Shown here one piece after another: positions 1 through 13,899 of a stretch of 64,000 nt of DNA. Each line of letters starts with the position of its first letter. Position 1 is the stretch's first letter. A model generated the notes under the pieces. That model saw only the letters and a list, made by a program, of their open reading frames with translations, did no database searches and was not told the origin of the DNA. This DNA comes from Paraspadella gotoi (taxonomy: Eukaryota > Animalia > Chaetognatha). A program made the position numbers and the translations under genes. The stretch covers positions 17,712,937 through 17,776,936 of the forward strand of contig CM119267.1 of the NCBI GenBank assembly GCA_051294375.1. The letters are read 5' to 3'.

Positions 1-2413
1 CGTTGTCGTCGGTTGCGTGTTCTTTTCTTTTTTTCTTTTTTTTNNNNNNNNNNNNNNNNNNNNNNNNNNNNNNNNNNNNNNNNNNNNNNNNNNNNNNNNN
101 NNNNNNNNNNNNNNNNNNNNNNNNNNNNNNNNNNNNNNNNNNNNNNNNNNNNNNNNNNNNNNNNNNNNNNNNNNNNNNNNNNNNNNNNNNNNNNNNNNNT
201 TTTTTTTTTCTTTTTTCTTTCCGAGTGTGATTCCATTCTTCTCGTTTCCCAGACGAACTGAGAGGTCGACTCGGATTCACCACCGATCGACGAGATTGTG
301 ATTTTCGAGCGAGACAGTGAAGTTGTCTGTGATTATGACGTTCAACGCTTAAGCGAGGACAGAATTTCTGGGACACCTCAAAAATCCGCGTTGGCAATGG
401 GCAATGGGCAGCATTACTTTCTCAAAACATTTATTAACTTCTGGAATTCTGGTAAAAAATTTTTTTTTTGTTATGCGCAGTAAGACATAAGTTTTAGGCG
501 TCGTATTAGTCATTTGGGAATGTTACATCCTAAGATTTTTCGTATTTTTTTCGCAAAACGCCTCATTTTATCTTAAATCCAGGATTCAGTCAATTTTTAT
601 GTTTAAAGATTAAGTTAAAGGTGACGGTAGAGGATTAGATTAAGGATTAGGGGTGAGAGTTTGAGATNNNNNNNNNNNNNNNNNNNNNNNNNNNNNNNNN
701 NNNNNNNNNNNNNNNNNNNNNNNNNNNNNNNNNNNNNNNNNNNNNNNNNNNNNNNNNNNNNNNNNNNNNNNNNNNNNNNNNNNNNNNNNNNNNNNNNNNN
801 NNNNNNNNNNNNNNNNNNNNNNNNNNNNNNNNNNNNNNNNNNNNNNNNNNNNNNNNNNNNNNAAGGTTAATATTAAGGTTAATATTAAGGTTAATATTAA
901 GTGCAGTGTTTAAGGAACAGACATGGTGCGATTTCTTTAGGCAACGGACACGTCCTTTTCACTTTCCTTCATGTTTCTTCTTTTCCTCCACATCTTTCTC
1001 TCTTTATTCTCTTGTCCTACCATCTCTTCTTTCCTCTATCTTTTCACTCATCCCATTTTTCCCTCCTCATTACAATTTCCTCTTTTCCCTCCTTTTTTTC
1101 CCCTTTCTTTCTACGGAAGCTGATCCTCAACCGGTTAAATCACCTGATTTCGCGACTTCATCCTCCATTATTCATCGGCCTCTTCCTCCTCTTCCTCCTC
1201 TTCCTCCTCATCCTTATCCCGTCTTTAATTCGAGATGTATATATATAAAAAAAACTCGACGATGACGACGACGACGACGACGACAACGACAACGACGACG
1301 ACCACGACAACTGGCGGTTTTCTTCAATTTTATTAACTGCAAAAGCGAATGCCTCGTTTTATCGGTTTTTCGTTTTATCCGCGAATTCCGTGATTCAAAA
1401 ATATCGTGGTATTTTTTTAATACCGTTGGTTAAAAAATAATTTAACTAGTTTTCTTTTTTTTACGATTATTGTACAACCTGATCGTAAACTTTATATGGC
1501 ACTAAAAGGAGTCGAAAAGTTTTCAAAATTTGGTGAATGTTTTATAAAGCAATATTAAAAATATCAAATTGAAATGTTAAATCGACGTTTTGCGTTTTAC
1601 CGCATCAGCGTTTCGTGAATGGCCTCACTTTACACATTGTCTAACTTACCTGAAATTATCCAGAAGAAAGACGCAATAAAAAATAAATAAAGGGAAAAAG
1701 CGAAATGAAATATTTAAATCGTCGCAAAAAAAAGAAGTATTTTAGTCACTTTTAAAAACTACGGAAAATAATCGATAAGTAACGATTTTTTCGATGTCCA
1801 GATCGTAACCGCCTGAAAAAAAAAATCAGGAGACGACGTAAAAAAATAAATGTCTCTCTCTCGTTCACGTTTTCAATTATTTCCCTATTTTTTTTCGGTT
1901 CGAAATGAGAGAAAAAAGTGATTTTTAAAGGTGAAACGAAAAGCGTGACGTTTTGTGAAAAAAAGTGTGTGAACTGTGACTCGTGCGAATGATTTGAAGG
2001 TGGAATGTGAGGGACGTATCAGGAAGCCAGTGGCGGTGATTCACGCGCTTGAGTAGGTCGCTATTGATTACTATGGTTTCATATTGCTTTAGTGTGAAAC
2101 CTAATCGATTAGTGCGTCGAAAATAAAGAGCCTTTAATTTCCTATCCAAAAACAAAAAAACAAAAAAAAAACTATTTGCCTCTCTCTCTCTCTATTTGCC
2201 CTTCTTCAGCAGTTTTTTTTTAACCAAAAAACACCTTTACAACATAAACTACAACTCTGCATTATCTGTACAATATCATTTAATTTACACCGAACACGCT
2301 TTCAAGCAACGGCCCTCCTTCAAATCTTTTCCAAAGGATATTTTTTTCTATCGTAAATCATGAAAACTTAAAAAACTTTCATCGGTGGGATGAAAAGGAA
2401 TCGGAACCTGAGG

Positions 2414-2501
<88 letters not shown>

Positions 2502-2792
2502 AAAGTTGAGACTCCCATAGCGACTCATCAGAAGAGGATTTCAATTTGTCATCAGAGGTTGAAAATGAGGGACATCAAAACCCGGCACCTGAGCTTCAGA
2601 GGAGGCGTGGCGGAAGCCTTCTCCTAATCATAATCGTCGTCGTCGTCGTATGTTTTCGTCGCTATCATCGTTGCACGCCGCGCTGTTTTCCTCGTATTTT
2701 CAACAGAATCAAGCGTTCGTGCTGAATCCATTGATTAAACAATTTTTATACAGATATTTCTTATTTTATCTCTCCTCTCATATCTCCTCTCT

Positions 2793-2829
<37 letters not shown>

Positions 2830-3097
2830 GCTCTCTCATTCTCTCTTTAATGACATGGTTTTTTCCGTCCCTCTCCCTCAAGCTCGCCAACGACCAGAGA
2901 AAGAAAAGCTTCCCAGACGTTTTCCTCGTTACGAGGTTTTCATCGGAAAAAAAAATCGAACCGGAAGAGAAAATAAAAAGTGGGAAAAATGAGGAAAAGA
3001 TAAAAAAAGCGGGAACAAAATTTTAGAAGAAAAAACCCACTTTTATTCAAAAGGAGAAGAAGAGAAAAAACAGGTGAGGTGGGATTTAAAGAAAGGA

Positions 3098-3189
<92 letters not shown>

Positions 3190-3408
3190 AAACTGACTAC
3201 CATCCAAAAATAGAGACAAAAACAAACAAACAAACAATTTAAACGAGAAAGAAGAAGAAACAAAAGATTTTGCTTTTGGAATCGAAGCCTCGAGGTTGCA
3301 GCGGAGGTTCTATGGAAAAATCGGAGACAGAAAAAATTCTTACTTTTTTCTCTCTTGAGATTTTATCGTAATTTTCTTTTTGCAGTGCGAGTTTTTCGCG
3401 AATAGCGA

Positions 3409-3496
<88 letters not shown>

Positions 3497-4035
3497 GAGA
3501 AAAGAAAGAAAGAGTCATAAAAGCCCAAAGAAAAAGCAGCTTTCGTCGACTGATATAACATTTACGGTCGAGGTTTGCATTTTATGCAACCTTCGTGGAA
3601 AGAGAAAGAAGCCATTCCGCCCGAAGGTCCTGACAGAGAATTCTGATTTCTACTGAACTCCATGGCGTCGGCCTAAAAAAAAAATATGAATTCATTTATA
3701 AGACATTTTCATCCTTTAGTATGTTTAAGAAAAAAAAGAAAGTAAGAGAAAGTAAAGTAAGACATTTTAAATTGCGTGTTTTATAAAAAGGAATTTATCT
3801 CGCTATACTAACTATCTTGACCGAACCTCCAAGATAAGTTATGTAAAGATTTTTAAAGATTTGAACTAAAGAAACCAAAAATTGATATTTTTAATTTTTA
3901 ATTTTCCTTTTCAGAGTCGCTATTTTTATCTCGCCATCAGATCTCCAACCGTCCTCACACTCCTTCCACCGACCATCCAAACGAACCACCCTCAACCACC
4001 CCACCACCCCACCACCCTTTCCCACTCCCACAACC

Positions 4036-4241
4036 ATGCCCTATCGCAACCCGGACAAGAGGAAGCAGAAGAGTCGCGAAGCTGCCCGGAGTCGGCGCAC
4101 GCGCGAGACGGGCATCTACGGCGACATGTTCGACTCTCTCCGCTGCCCGTGCCGTCCAAGGTCGGGATTCAATAGAGTGTTGTAAAAATAGTAAAATTCT
4201 ACAAGTCATTCAGCGTCTTTCAAAATAGATAATTATCGAAG

Positions 4242-4296
<55 letters not shown>

Positions 4297-6995
4297 GAGA
4301 GAGAGAAGAGAGAGAGAGAGAAGAGAGAGAGAAAAGAATAGTTTTACCGTTGCTGAAATCCCAAATAAAATTATTTTCATGTTTTAACTTCAAACGCAAT
4401 GAAAAAAAAGAAATCAAAACAATGTTTATAATCTCAACTTTCACCCCACCCTACTGGTCAAGGAGCTCCTCGACAAGGCTTCGCTCATGCGGGTGTGCAT
4501 CGCCTACTTCAAGGCGCGACTTCTTTTCGGCGCTGGGAGAAAGGGGGAGAAGTGGAGGGAGAGAGGTGAGTCAAAACGAGAGACAACGATGGGAATTTTA
4601 CAATAATGTACTTAACGGGACGCGTATTTTTTACCAAATTTAATAATTTCATAAAAAGCGAGATGTTTTAATCTTGAAAAATAATAGTCGCAATTAAATC
4701 AAACCTACAATCACCTTTTAAATTATAGAAAATATTTCATTTTCCATGTACCTTATTATTTTTATTATGTTACAAATATTTAGCCTCTTAACATTTTTAC
4801 ATAATATCTTTTTAGCCTTGAATCTCCCTTGTCCACCCAAGGTTTCGCTCCATCCGCCCAACTCTCCGTCGACATCCCCGACGCCATCGACAACAACAAC
4901 GACGATTCTTTCCCGTCTCCGCTCTCGACGACGACAACGACAACGACTACCCCGCTCCAACTTCCCTTGGCCGACCCTTTTCGTCCCGTTGGCTTCGACC
5001 CCTACAGTCGAGTGACCTCTCGCCCCGTCCTTCCATCCATCAACCACTCGGTGGACGCCAATCACCTCGTCCACCCTTATCACCACCCCCAACGCCACTC
5101 CACCATCCCCGCCCATCCCTCGATTACTTATTTACCCGACGCGGCATTCTTCGCTCACTATCCCGATTGGTCGTCGACGCTCTCAGGGTTTCTGCTCGTA
5201 CTAGACTGCAAGGTAAGTCTCGAACTTGTCCGTACGTGCGTTCGTCGGTTGTTAGGTTCGCCGTATAATCGTAGCTTTATTATTTCCGTCCACAAGTTTT
5301 TTTCCTCTCGTCATGCCGTCAACGCCTCTGTCCTTCTAGTCCGTCTGTCCGTTCTTTGCTATTATTTATAGACTAGACCTGACCCACCTGCAATCTCCCA
5401 CAGGGACTGGTCGCCTTCGTGACGGGCGACTCCGAAACCCTCGGACCGTCGACGACGACGTCGAACGTCTTCGAACACACGGGCATCCAGCAGACGGAGT
5501 ATTTGGGAAATAGACTTCATGAATTCTGTCACGAAGACGACCGGTAAATCATTGATTTAGTTATTTATTGATATATATTTTTTTAATGACTGCCTGAGTA
5601 ATTTACTAATTAATAGATAGATTGAATGATTGTTTTTTTATTTTGTTAAATCGTTAATAGATGTTTGGATGGATCGATCTTTTTTTTCCCAGACCCGATC
5701 TCGATCTCATCCTGAACAAAAGTAGGGACGACATCAACATAATGATTCGTCTCAAGTACAAAGGTGAGGCCGGTGATTGATGATAGGGATGCGTTCGATT
5801 TTTTTTCACTTTTTTTTCCCTTCCCTCCTTTGCTTTTCTCTTTCATCGACTTCTCTCTTTCTTTCTTTTATTTTCGAAGTTCGTTTTCCTCTCTCTCTCT
5901 CTCTCTCTTCCTCCTCTGCTCTCTTCTCTTTCGCTCCTCTTCCTGCTCTCTCCTCTCTCTCTCTCTCTCTCTCTCGCTCTCTTCAAAAATGCGTTCCTTC
6001 CCTTCTTCCCTCCCGTCAAGGAAACAAGGGCAGAAAGCAGTCGCCGCGCTCTTTAAAATCTGCGGATCGATATCAACCTTTTCGAATCGACGGAAAATGG
6101 ATGCGTCTCGACGCCAACTCAACCGTTCACTCGACCGCCAACTGGACTTCAAACTCGCTCGCCAATCGTGCCGCAAACTCCTCGACCGACTCAGCTTTTG
6201 GCGCCGCCATTTCCGGCGACCACCGCCGACGTCCTATAAGCGCCGGTTCCGATTCCAGCGAGCCTCTTCCAGAATACCCGGCGCTCTTCAACGCCCACAT
6301 CGAGACCCACAGATCGTTTTATACTGAAATAGAGAAAACGGCGCCGTCGCACAACGCGGAAGGCGCCGAAGGGGAAGACGACGCCGAGTCTCTAACCGAC
6401 AAACCAGACGCCTGCAGAGACGACGCCTTCAAAGCCGACTCGGACGACTTCCTCGTACTAGTCGTCGAGCCTCTTCCGTCGCCCCGCGATCCCGTATGTC
6501 AGGCGGCGTCGGACAGGTATCCTTGTCGAAAAAAAGGATTTAAATCTCATTTGCATATGGTTGTAAATAAATATATATCTTTATTCTAGAAATTGGGATA
6601 AAAAAAAACGCTCTCAATATGATATCTATGGCTTATAATTTGAAATCCTTTGGAAGACATAAAGTTTTATAATCATAAATAAATTGTTTGTCGGAATATG
6701 CTCCAATATTGTGTAAAACGATTTCAAGCTGTAAAATTTCGGGCTTGGTACAAACCGAAGTATGAACTATGTTCCATCCAACAATCCCCCGGCCTCCGAC
6801 AAAAAAAAATGAAAGAGAAAAAGAATAAACTAAAAAAGTCGAAAGATGGCGACGGAGATTTTGGCCGCTAAACGGATTTTCTTTGTTTATTTTCTCTGGA
6901 TTCGTTTTCGTTTATTTACGAATTCGGGGGGAGGAGGAGGAGGAGGAGATGGGGAGTGGTTTTAGACAAGAAGGCGAAATCTTGGTATGGTGAAA

Positions 6996-7047
<52 letters not shown>

Positions 7048-8205
7048 AATCAGTCTGTGCCGCGGATGGAACTCGGGAAATATTTTGCGGTCGTTCGCTC
7101 CGTTCGTTTGGTCGTTCATCTGGTCGTTCTTATGGTCGTTCGTCTGGTCGTTCGTCTGGTGATTTGTTTGTTCGCTCCCTCGCTCGTCTCTCCATAACAT
7201 CCAATCTATTTCCGTCAAGAAATTTCATTCTTGCATTATTTTTTGGGGTATTTTTTTAAATATTTTTCTCGGCTGTTGATTAGGAGAAAGTTTCTTTTTT
7301 TTATTGATTAATTTTTTTTTTAATATTCGCACGACACCCTTTTTCATTTATTTTTTACCTTTCTTGCCTTTCTAATTTTCTTTATTTTCTTTCTTCTCCT
7401 TTTCTTTCCTTTTTTTCTTTCTTTCTATTTTTCTCTTTCTCGTCCATTCTCGTCCATTCTTGTTTTTTTCTTTATTTATTATTTATCTTTCTTTTGTTTT
7501 CTTTTTTCTCTTTTTCTTTCTTTTTTATTTCTTTCTATTTTCTCTCTTTTTCCTTGACTCATAAATTTTCCTCGTCTATGTTTTCCTCATTTGTTTTTAC
7601 CCGTTTTGTTTTGGTTCTTCACTTTTTTTATTTCTCTTCTTTTTTTTTTTTAAAGATATTTTTTTCTCGAGTTTATTTCCCACGTCCACTTTGCATTTGC
7701 AACTCTCTTCGCTGTCTTGCTTCTTCCACTTTCTGTCATTACAAGTGGAGAATGAACTCTGCTTTAGGGAAGTCATTACAACTCACGTGTGAAAATAAAA
7801 AAAATTCACAATAATTCCCAGCTGTAAATTCCCATTTCCCAGTTTAAAATTTTCTTCTTTACAGGGTAACTAAGTCTGCTTCAAGGGTCTATACAAAAAA
7901 AAGTCACCAAGCAAAGATCAATCATTCACAGCACATAAATCCCCCCTCCTCTCCCCCGGGTTCACAGATTCATCACCTACCACGCCCTCGACATGCGATT
8001 CGCCATCACCGCCTCCGGCTTCGTCGACCAGCGGATCCAACCCGCCATCGGCTTCACCGCCGATCAACTTCGTTGGTCGCACTCTCTTCGACATTCAGTA
8101 CGGAGCAGACGTCATGGCCGCGGCCTGGCGCCTCAAGGTATTTTTTTTTGGGGGTGGTTGAGGGTGGAGGATAGATAAATAGTTAAATTAGATAGATAGA
8201 TATAG

Positions 8206-8290
<85 letters not shown>

Positions 8291-8316
8291 TATTATATAG
8301 AATATATAGATTAGAT

Positions 8317-8352
<36 letters not shown>

Positions 8353-8697
8353 AATCTAAAGGAAGACGGAAAATGAATTCTCCCGGGTAGAAGGGTGGGT
8401 CGATGGATTTTCGCCCGTTTTTTTTTTTTTCGACCCAACTGGATCTACTTTCTCTTCCCTCCGACAGGTGGCCATCCGAAAAGGGCAATCTCTGTCAGGA
8501 TACTACCGGCTTCTCGTTCACGGTGGCGGATTCGTCTGGGTTCAGGTCCCTCATTATTTGTTTCGTTGTTTGTTTTTTTTTGTGCGTGTTTTTTTTATCG
8601 AGGGACGGGCCTAATTTCGGGCCTAACAGCTGGATTTGATGATTTTCTTATTTTCTAGTCCTTTTTGATATGAGAAATAATCATTATTTTTAGTTTC

Positions 8698-8743
<46 letters not shown>

Positions 8744-10217
8744 ATATTGGCTGTACCACTTTCATCTTTGTATATAAGTTTATAAGTATTATTTTGGTTC
8801 GATTGAACACTTTCGAAAATCCAATTATTATCATATCTCCCAACCCACGACAACAATTTCCTTTCTTTCTCCCCCCCTCCCCCCACCTTCAGACCCAGTT
8901 CCAAAAGATCTCCAACCCTTGGCCCGAGGTTGGCGAGATTTTCTACTGCATCCACCAGATCCTCTCCAAAGTCTGCGAGGCCGGAGTCATCTTCGCCGAG
9001 ATCCAATCCGCCGCCAAGACGTCGCCCGAAGCCGTTGACAGAATCGGGGCGAACTCGGGGGAACTGGGCGGACTCCTTTTCTCAGCGGCGGTTGCGGGGC
9101 GCGCGGCGCCTGGCGGCGCCGATCCAGCAGCGGCGTGACGGCATTTCAACGGCGATGCGAATTTATCTCTAGACGACGTCCCATCGATGCCGCTTTCTCG
9201 CCAGGGATCCTCACCGCTTTTCCGGTTCCGTTTCCGACCGGCGCCGTATTTTCTCCGGCGCCGTTTTCTTTAACCTACGCGGCGCCATCGACTGTCACCG
9301 ACTCTGTCGAGCCCGCGGCGTCAACGCCGAATTTTTCTGATCAGCAAATTCGTCGGATAATGTCGGAACCCGGAGCGGCGTCGATCGGGTCATTGGCGTC
9401 GGTTGGCACGACGCCGCTTTCGACTCCGATGACGCCGTCGAACGCCGGAGTCGGCGACGCCTCGTTCGTGGGCGTGTCGGCGTCGGACTCGAATCAACTC
9501 GACTCGACTAAATATCAGATTGACCCGAATAACAACAACAACGACAACCGCTTTGCCTTACACACTAATCGGTCTGCGTTTTCCGTCTGCGTCAAGCGCC
9601 ACCTTTCCAGCCCCGCCCATCTTTCGACGACGGATCACCGCTCGATCCAGAACCACGATTTCCCGCCACATAACCACACTCTTTCCACAGGGACATCCTT
9701 CAACTACGCCAACCACAACCCCTCGTCGATTTCGAACTGCCATCCGCGGCCGAGCCCAGCTCATCAGTCATGGTCTTCTCCTTCTTCTCAATCCAATCCC
9801 ACAGTCTCCATCACGACCCTCTTGAACTCCATCGACGTCCATCCCAATCCTCACGTCAGCACCGCGGGAGACGCCTCTTCCGCAGCCGCCGCCGCCCCAG
9901 CCAACGACGACGCCGACGACAGCGACCCCTTCGGCGTCAACTTTCTCTGGCATTGTCCTCTACCTCCTGCCCCTCCCCTCCTTCGCCCTGTCTATCCGTC
10001 CGACATGAGCGAACAGTCCGTTTCCAACGAAGTCTCGCGACTCGGGGATTCCGCCGATTACGAGAACGAGGGAAGAGGAGAAGCGTCTCCCGGTTATAGC
10101 GAGTATCTCTTGGCTTCGGCCGCTTATAACGAAACGATGGAGATCGGAGAGATGGGGATCGGATTTGGGATGGGACTGGGGATCGGGTACGGGATGGAGA
10201 AGGAAGCGGGGATGTAG
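4036..10217 (+). CDS. hif1a: HIF-alpha-like bHLH-PAS transcription factor, 9 exons, with 3 apparent 1-bp frameshifts
   Basis: GT-AG exons: 4036-4160, 4463-4565, 4842-5212, 5404-5543, 5693-5763, 6021-6516, 7968-8137, 8468-8545, 8893-10217. bHLH: MPYRNPDKRKQKSREAARSRRTRE...LPLPVPSK|ELLDKASLMRVCIAYFKARLL (cf. HIF1A KEKSRDAARSRR...[24 protein letters not shown]). PAS-A: STLSGFLLVLDCK|GLVAFV...NVFEHTGIQQTEYLGNRLHEFCHEDD, then FLVLVVEPLP. PAS-B/PAC: FITYHALDMRF...GFTADQLVGRTLFD, KGQSLSGYYRLLVHGGGFVWVQ|TQ...FYCIHQILS. Continuity requires frameshifts near 4140, 8070 and 9124. Confidence 0.88.
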
Positions 10218-11726
10218 ATCCGAGCATCGAGTTGTTTAACGGATAAGGTATTTAAAAAAAAAACTTTTTCTTAACTCTTTATTATAAAATTTGAACAAAA
10301 CCTTGGTAGGTTGAAGCCTCCATCAATTTTACTCTTTTTTTTATTTTTTATTATTTAATTTACTTTATCCGGGGAACTTTTTTTTTCCATTCACTAGCCA
10401 AGACACGTTCGTCGACCTTTTTAATTTGAAGGTTTGAAAACAAAAAGTACGAAACTATTTATAGCAACATTTAAAAACAAGAACGGTAATTCAAACGTGT
10501 TGCGCCGCAGTGACTGCCTAATCACGTTTATTTCTCGTGACATGACATGACGTCACGTGACATGACAGGACGACATGATTACAATAACTTTCTTAGACCC
10601 TGTATTTATAACACGCACTGCAGCGGAATTCCGTCTTTTTGTTATTTATAGTTTTAGGATTTCCTAAAGGCGGCTCTAGTCGTCCCTTAGATTTGAGGTT
10701 TTTTTCCTGTCTTAACAAATATGCAAGTTATGAGCATTTTTAACGTAAGTGGGACAGACCGACCGACCAACCGACCGAAATGTGCCGATTTTTCTCCGAG
10801 TGCCGTTTCGAGGTTTTGCGTCCGACGAAGATTCAATCTCTTCCTTTTCTTTATCTCCCCCTCCTCCTGGGCTTCATTCAGACTCTTTCCTCGTCGTAGT
10901 ATCGTCGTTGTTGTCCGCTTCACTGTCGTCATCATTGTCATCTTTCAGTTGTCGACGTCACGCCGTCATGACAGACCTTCTGGCAACTGTCAAGTTCGAC
11001 TGTCATCAATCGCGTCCACTACTATCATCAATGTCTCTCATCATTGTCACCCCATTTTTGCCATCGAAATCGAATTGATGCTTAATCAAAACTATCATCC
11101 TTGCTGTCGTTGTCATTGACCGATCTTTGGCTGACATAGTCATCATGGTCCACGTTGTCATCGTCGTCGTCCCCGTCGTCCATCTTCTCGCCCGTCAATG
11201 TCATCTTCAGCGACGTCCCTCTCCGCGCCTCATCCTTCATTCGAGGTGACAACCGATGGAATTGGTTCGTCTCCTATGGCGGCGGCGGCGGCGGCTGCGT
11301 TTGCGATGGCTGCGGCGTCGGCGACAGACCGGGCTGCGGGCTTCGCTGCTGAGACTCCAGAGACACCGGCGGTTTTCGTGACAACTTGGAATCGGCAAAC
11401 GACGCCCGCGGTTGCCATAGCGACTGAAAATCGGTCCTCATCGGCCGAAAGGACGACGACAACGATTTCGACGACTCACTCGGTCGCTTCATGGTTGAGA
11501 ATGGAAAAAAGACTAGAAGGATGACGACGACGATAACGACGTCGAGGAAGAGTCAAATCTACGCTTCTGGTCGCTTTTGAGGTCTCCGCCTCGACGCGGT
11601 CATTTCTGCGCCGGCATGGTCATCAATACGTCGGCATGGTAAAAAAAGTTGACGTTAATGTCTCCACGTCGCCGGGGGTAATCTTTGTATTGGCATAGTC
11701 ATCTGTGTACTACATTGGCATTTTCA

Positions 11727-11841
11727 TCTTTGCGTCGTCGTTGACGTCACCGCGTCGGTGGGGTCATCTTTGCGTCGGCGTTGACGTCTCCGCGTCGGCG
11801 TTGACGTCTCCGCGTCGGCGGGGTCATCTTTGCGTCGGCGG
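11727..11841. repeat. GC-rich minisatellite
   Basis: Interleaved copies of tctttgcgtcggcg, gttgacgtctccgcgtcggc and ggggtcatc. Confidence 0.7.
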
Positions 11842-12388
11842 TTCGAATTAATTCAGCGCGGATCAGCACTCGACTCATTTCGTTCATCGTCTTCCTTCAA
11901 AAATCGCTTTTCCTTTTTTTCTTTGCAAAAATTTCCTTTTTTCTTTCTTTTTTTTTCTTTAGCTCCTTTCTTGTTTTTTCTTTTTTCTTTCCTTTTTTTT
12001 CCTCTATTAACTGCTTCGGAAACATTTCCTTTTTCTTCTTTTTTTTTATAGTTTTTTTTTTCTGTTTTTTTTCCTTCTCTCATTTTTCATTCTCTCATTT
12101 TTTTCCTATCAACTATTCTCCATCTTTCTTTCTCACAATCACAGTCCGCATTTCTTCTTCAAAACTTTTTCCCCGATCCTCGTCATTTCTCGGTCCTCGA
12201 TCACTTCCTCTCACTTTGCCTCCTTCTCTTCCTCGCTCCCTCCCTCCCCTTTCCCTCCCACTCTTCCTCACTCCTCCACTCCCTCCCTCCCTGCCTTCCC
12301 ACACGAACGTTAATGGGAACTTCTTGCTCTCTGGTCCCTCTGCTGTCGGAGACGACGAAAACGATGAAGAAATGAAAATAGGGAAGTA

Positions 12389-12428
<40 letters not shown>

Positions 12429-12559
12429 TTCTACAATACTTCTTAGATTATGATACAAGATTCCAAATGTGGAGGACCAAACGGACCAAACTCGATAAAG
12501 TATAAAAAATATAAAAATAAAAATCTTAAAAGAATAGGATCGAGCCTCCTGTCAATGAA

Positions 12560-12780
12560 AACCAAATATTGATGCGATGATAACCAAAGATTGATGCGAT
12601 GATAACCAAATGATTGATGCGATGATAACCAAATATTGATGCGATGATAACCAAAAATTGATGCAATGATAACCAAATTATCGATGTGATGATAACCAAA
12701 TGATGTGATGTGGTGATAATCATTCATTGATACCATGATAGTCATTCATTGATGCGATGATAGTCATTCATTGATGCAAT
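12560..12780. repeat. Minisatellite, ~22-26 bp unit (attgatgcgatgataaccaaa)
   Basis: About 9 directly visible tandem copies that degenerate toward the 3' end. Confidence 0.85.
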
Positions 12781-12797
12781 GAATCAATTCTCATTAA

Positions 12798-13417
12798 TAA
12801 GGCGTAGTAAAATTTCTAAATTTAACTTTAATTAAAATTCTAAAAGTGAGGAACGAACAACATTATACTAATGAACATTTATGTATAAAAAAAATTTATA
12901 ATAAATTTTACAATTTACGCAGTAGGCCATATTTATACTAGTACTAATTCCAATAAATGTTTAAATTTTAAAACAGTTTTTTTTAAATTTTTTGGCAGAT
13001 TTGGATTTGTCATAAAAAGTTGTTAAAAAGAAATATAAACTCTTTTAAAAAATTCCTTCTATATATAAGTGGGTAAGAAATGAGAAAAAACTATATTTTA
13101 AGCTAAAAATTAAACTTTTTATATATTAAATATAGTTTTTATAATTTTTAACCACTTAATAAAGAATCTTTCAAAATAATTTATATTTTCTATTTATCAA
13201 CTTTTGGACGGGAATTCAGAATCTGCAATCAAAATTAAAGAAAAGCCTATTTTGAAATTTTTCGATTTTATAAGGATAGTACTATATATAAATATAGCCT
13301 ACTGCGAAAATTAAAAACATAAATTAATTTTTTTTTACAAATTAATGTTCACTGATGATATGTTGTTCATAATATGAAACCTTTAGAATTTTCGTACGTA
13401 ACTTTCACTACGCCTTA
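12798..13417. mobile_element. Non-autonomous DNA transposon (MITE-like) with long imperfect terminal inverted repeats
   Basis: Left end taAGGCGTAGTAAAA matches right end TTTCACTACGCCTta. Inner arms also match as inverted repeats (cgcagtaggccatatttatactagtacta ~12918-12946 vs tagtactatatataaatatagcctactgcg ~13277-13306). The interior is AT-rich and non-coding. Confidence 0.65.
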
Positions 13418-13899
13418 ATCATAATAAACAAAAATGCGGTGAAATGAGGAGAAGAGAGGAAAGAAAGAGAATAAATCCACAAAAATCTCGGTGTAAATTT
13501 GAGATTTTGCATTGAGAAAAAAGCGCAGAACAAATGGCGATCATAAAAGTTTTTAAAATGAAAAAAAATAATCAATATCAAAAAACGATCATGCAAGAGA
13601 TCGTACAGAAAGAGGGAGAAAGACAGAGAGAGAGAGAGACCGAAAGAGAAAGAAAGAGACAGAGAAAGAGAAAGCTGGACAGCCGCTTGAATGCAGCTGT
13701 ACAGTCACTGCAGAACCTGAACTCGTTTTTAAAGGGTTCAGAAGAGGCAGCAACTAAGAAGAGAAATAAGAATAAGAAGAGAAATATATGTATATAATTT
13801 AAAGAAATAAAAGAAAGGAAAAAAATGTTACAATGGTTTACAATTGGAAATTTTTACAATTTTTCCAATCATAGGTTGTTAACGATTTTATTTTTATTT

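Noticed and set aside
900-1260. Glu/Lys-rich minus-strand stretch that looks exon-like
   Set aside because: Interrupted by stops, low complexity and flanked by gaps; cannot be supported as a gene.
2510-2535. Minus-strand CTGATGAGTC, a possible hammerhead start
   Set aside because: No closing stem II or GAAA box follows.
2510-2700. Acidic stretch followed by a hydrophobic run on + (DSHSDSSEEDF...LLLIIIVVVVV)
   Set aside because: No start, splice partners or recognisable family; the hydrophobic run comes partly from a GTC microsatellite.
2414-3500. ORFs made of SL/ER/FLS repeats here and throughout the window
   Set aside because: They are translations of GA, GAAA and GATA microsatellites or N runs, not proteins.
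4130-9140. Programmed frameshifting or pseudogenisation as the explanation for the HIF-like frameshifts
   Set aside because: Similar 1-bp indels pervade the window, including between duplicated blocks; sequencing error is more parsimonious.
10720-11870. Cluster of overlapping GC-rich ORFs downstream of the HIF-like gene
   Set aside because: No domain motif or consistent splice structure recognised; partly minisatellite.
12560-12780. Regular short repeats resembling a CRISPR array
   Set aside because: No unique spacers, no cas genes and a eukaryotic context; this is a minisatellite.
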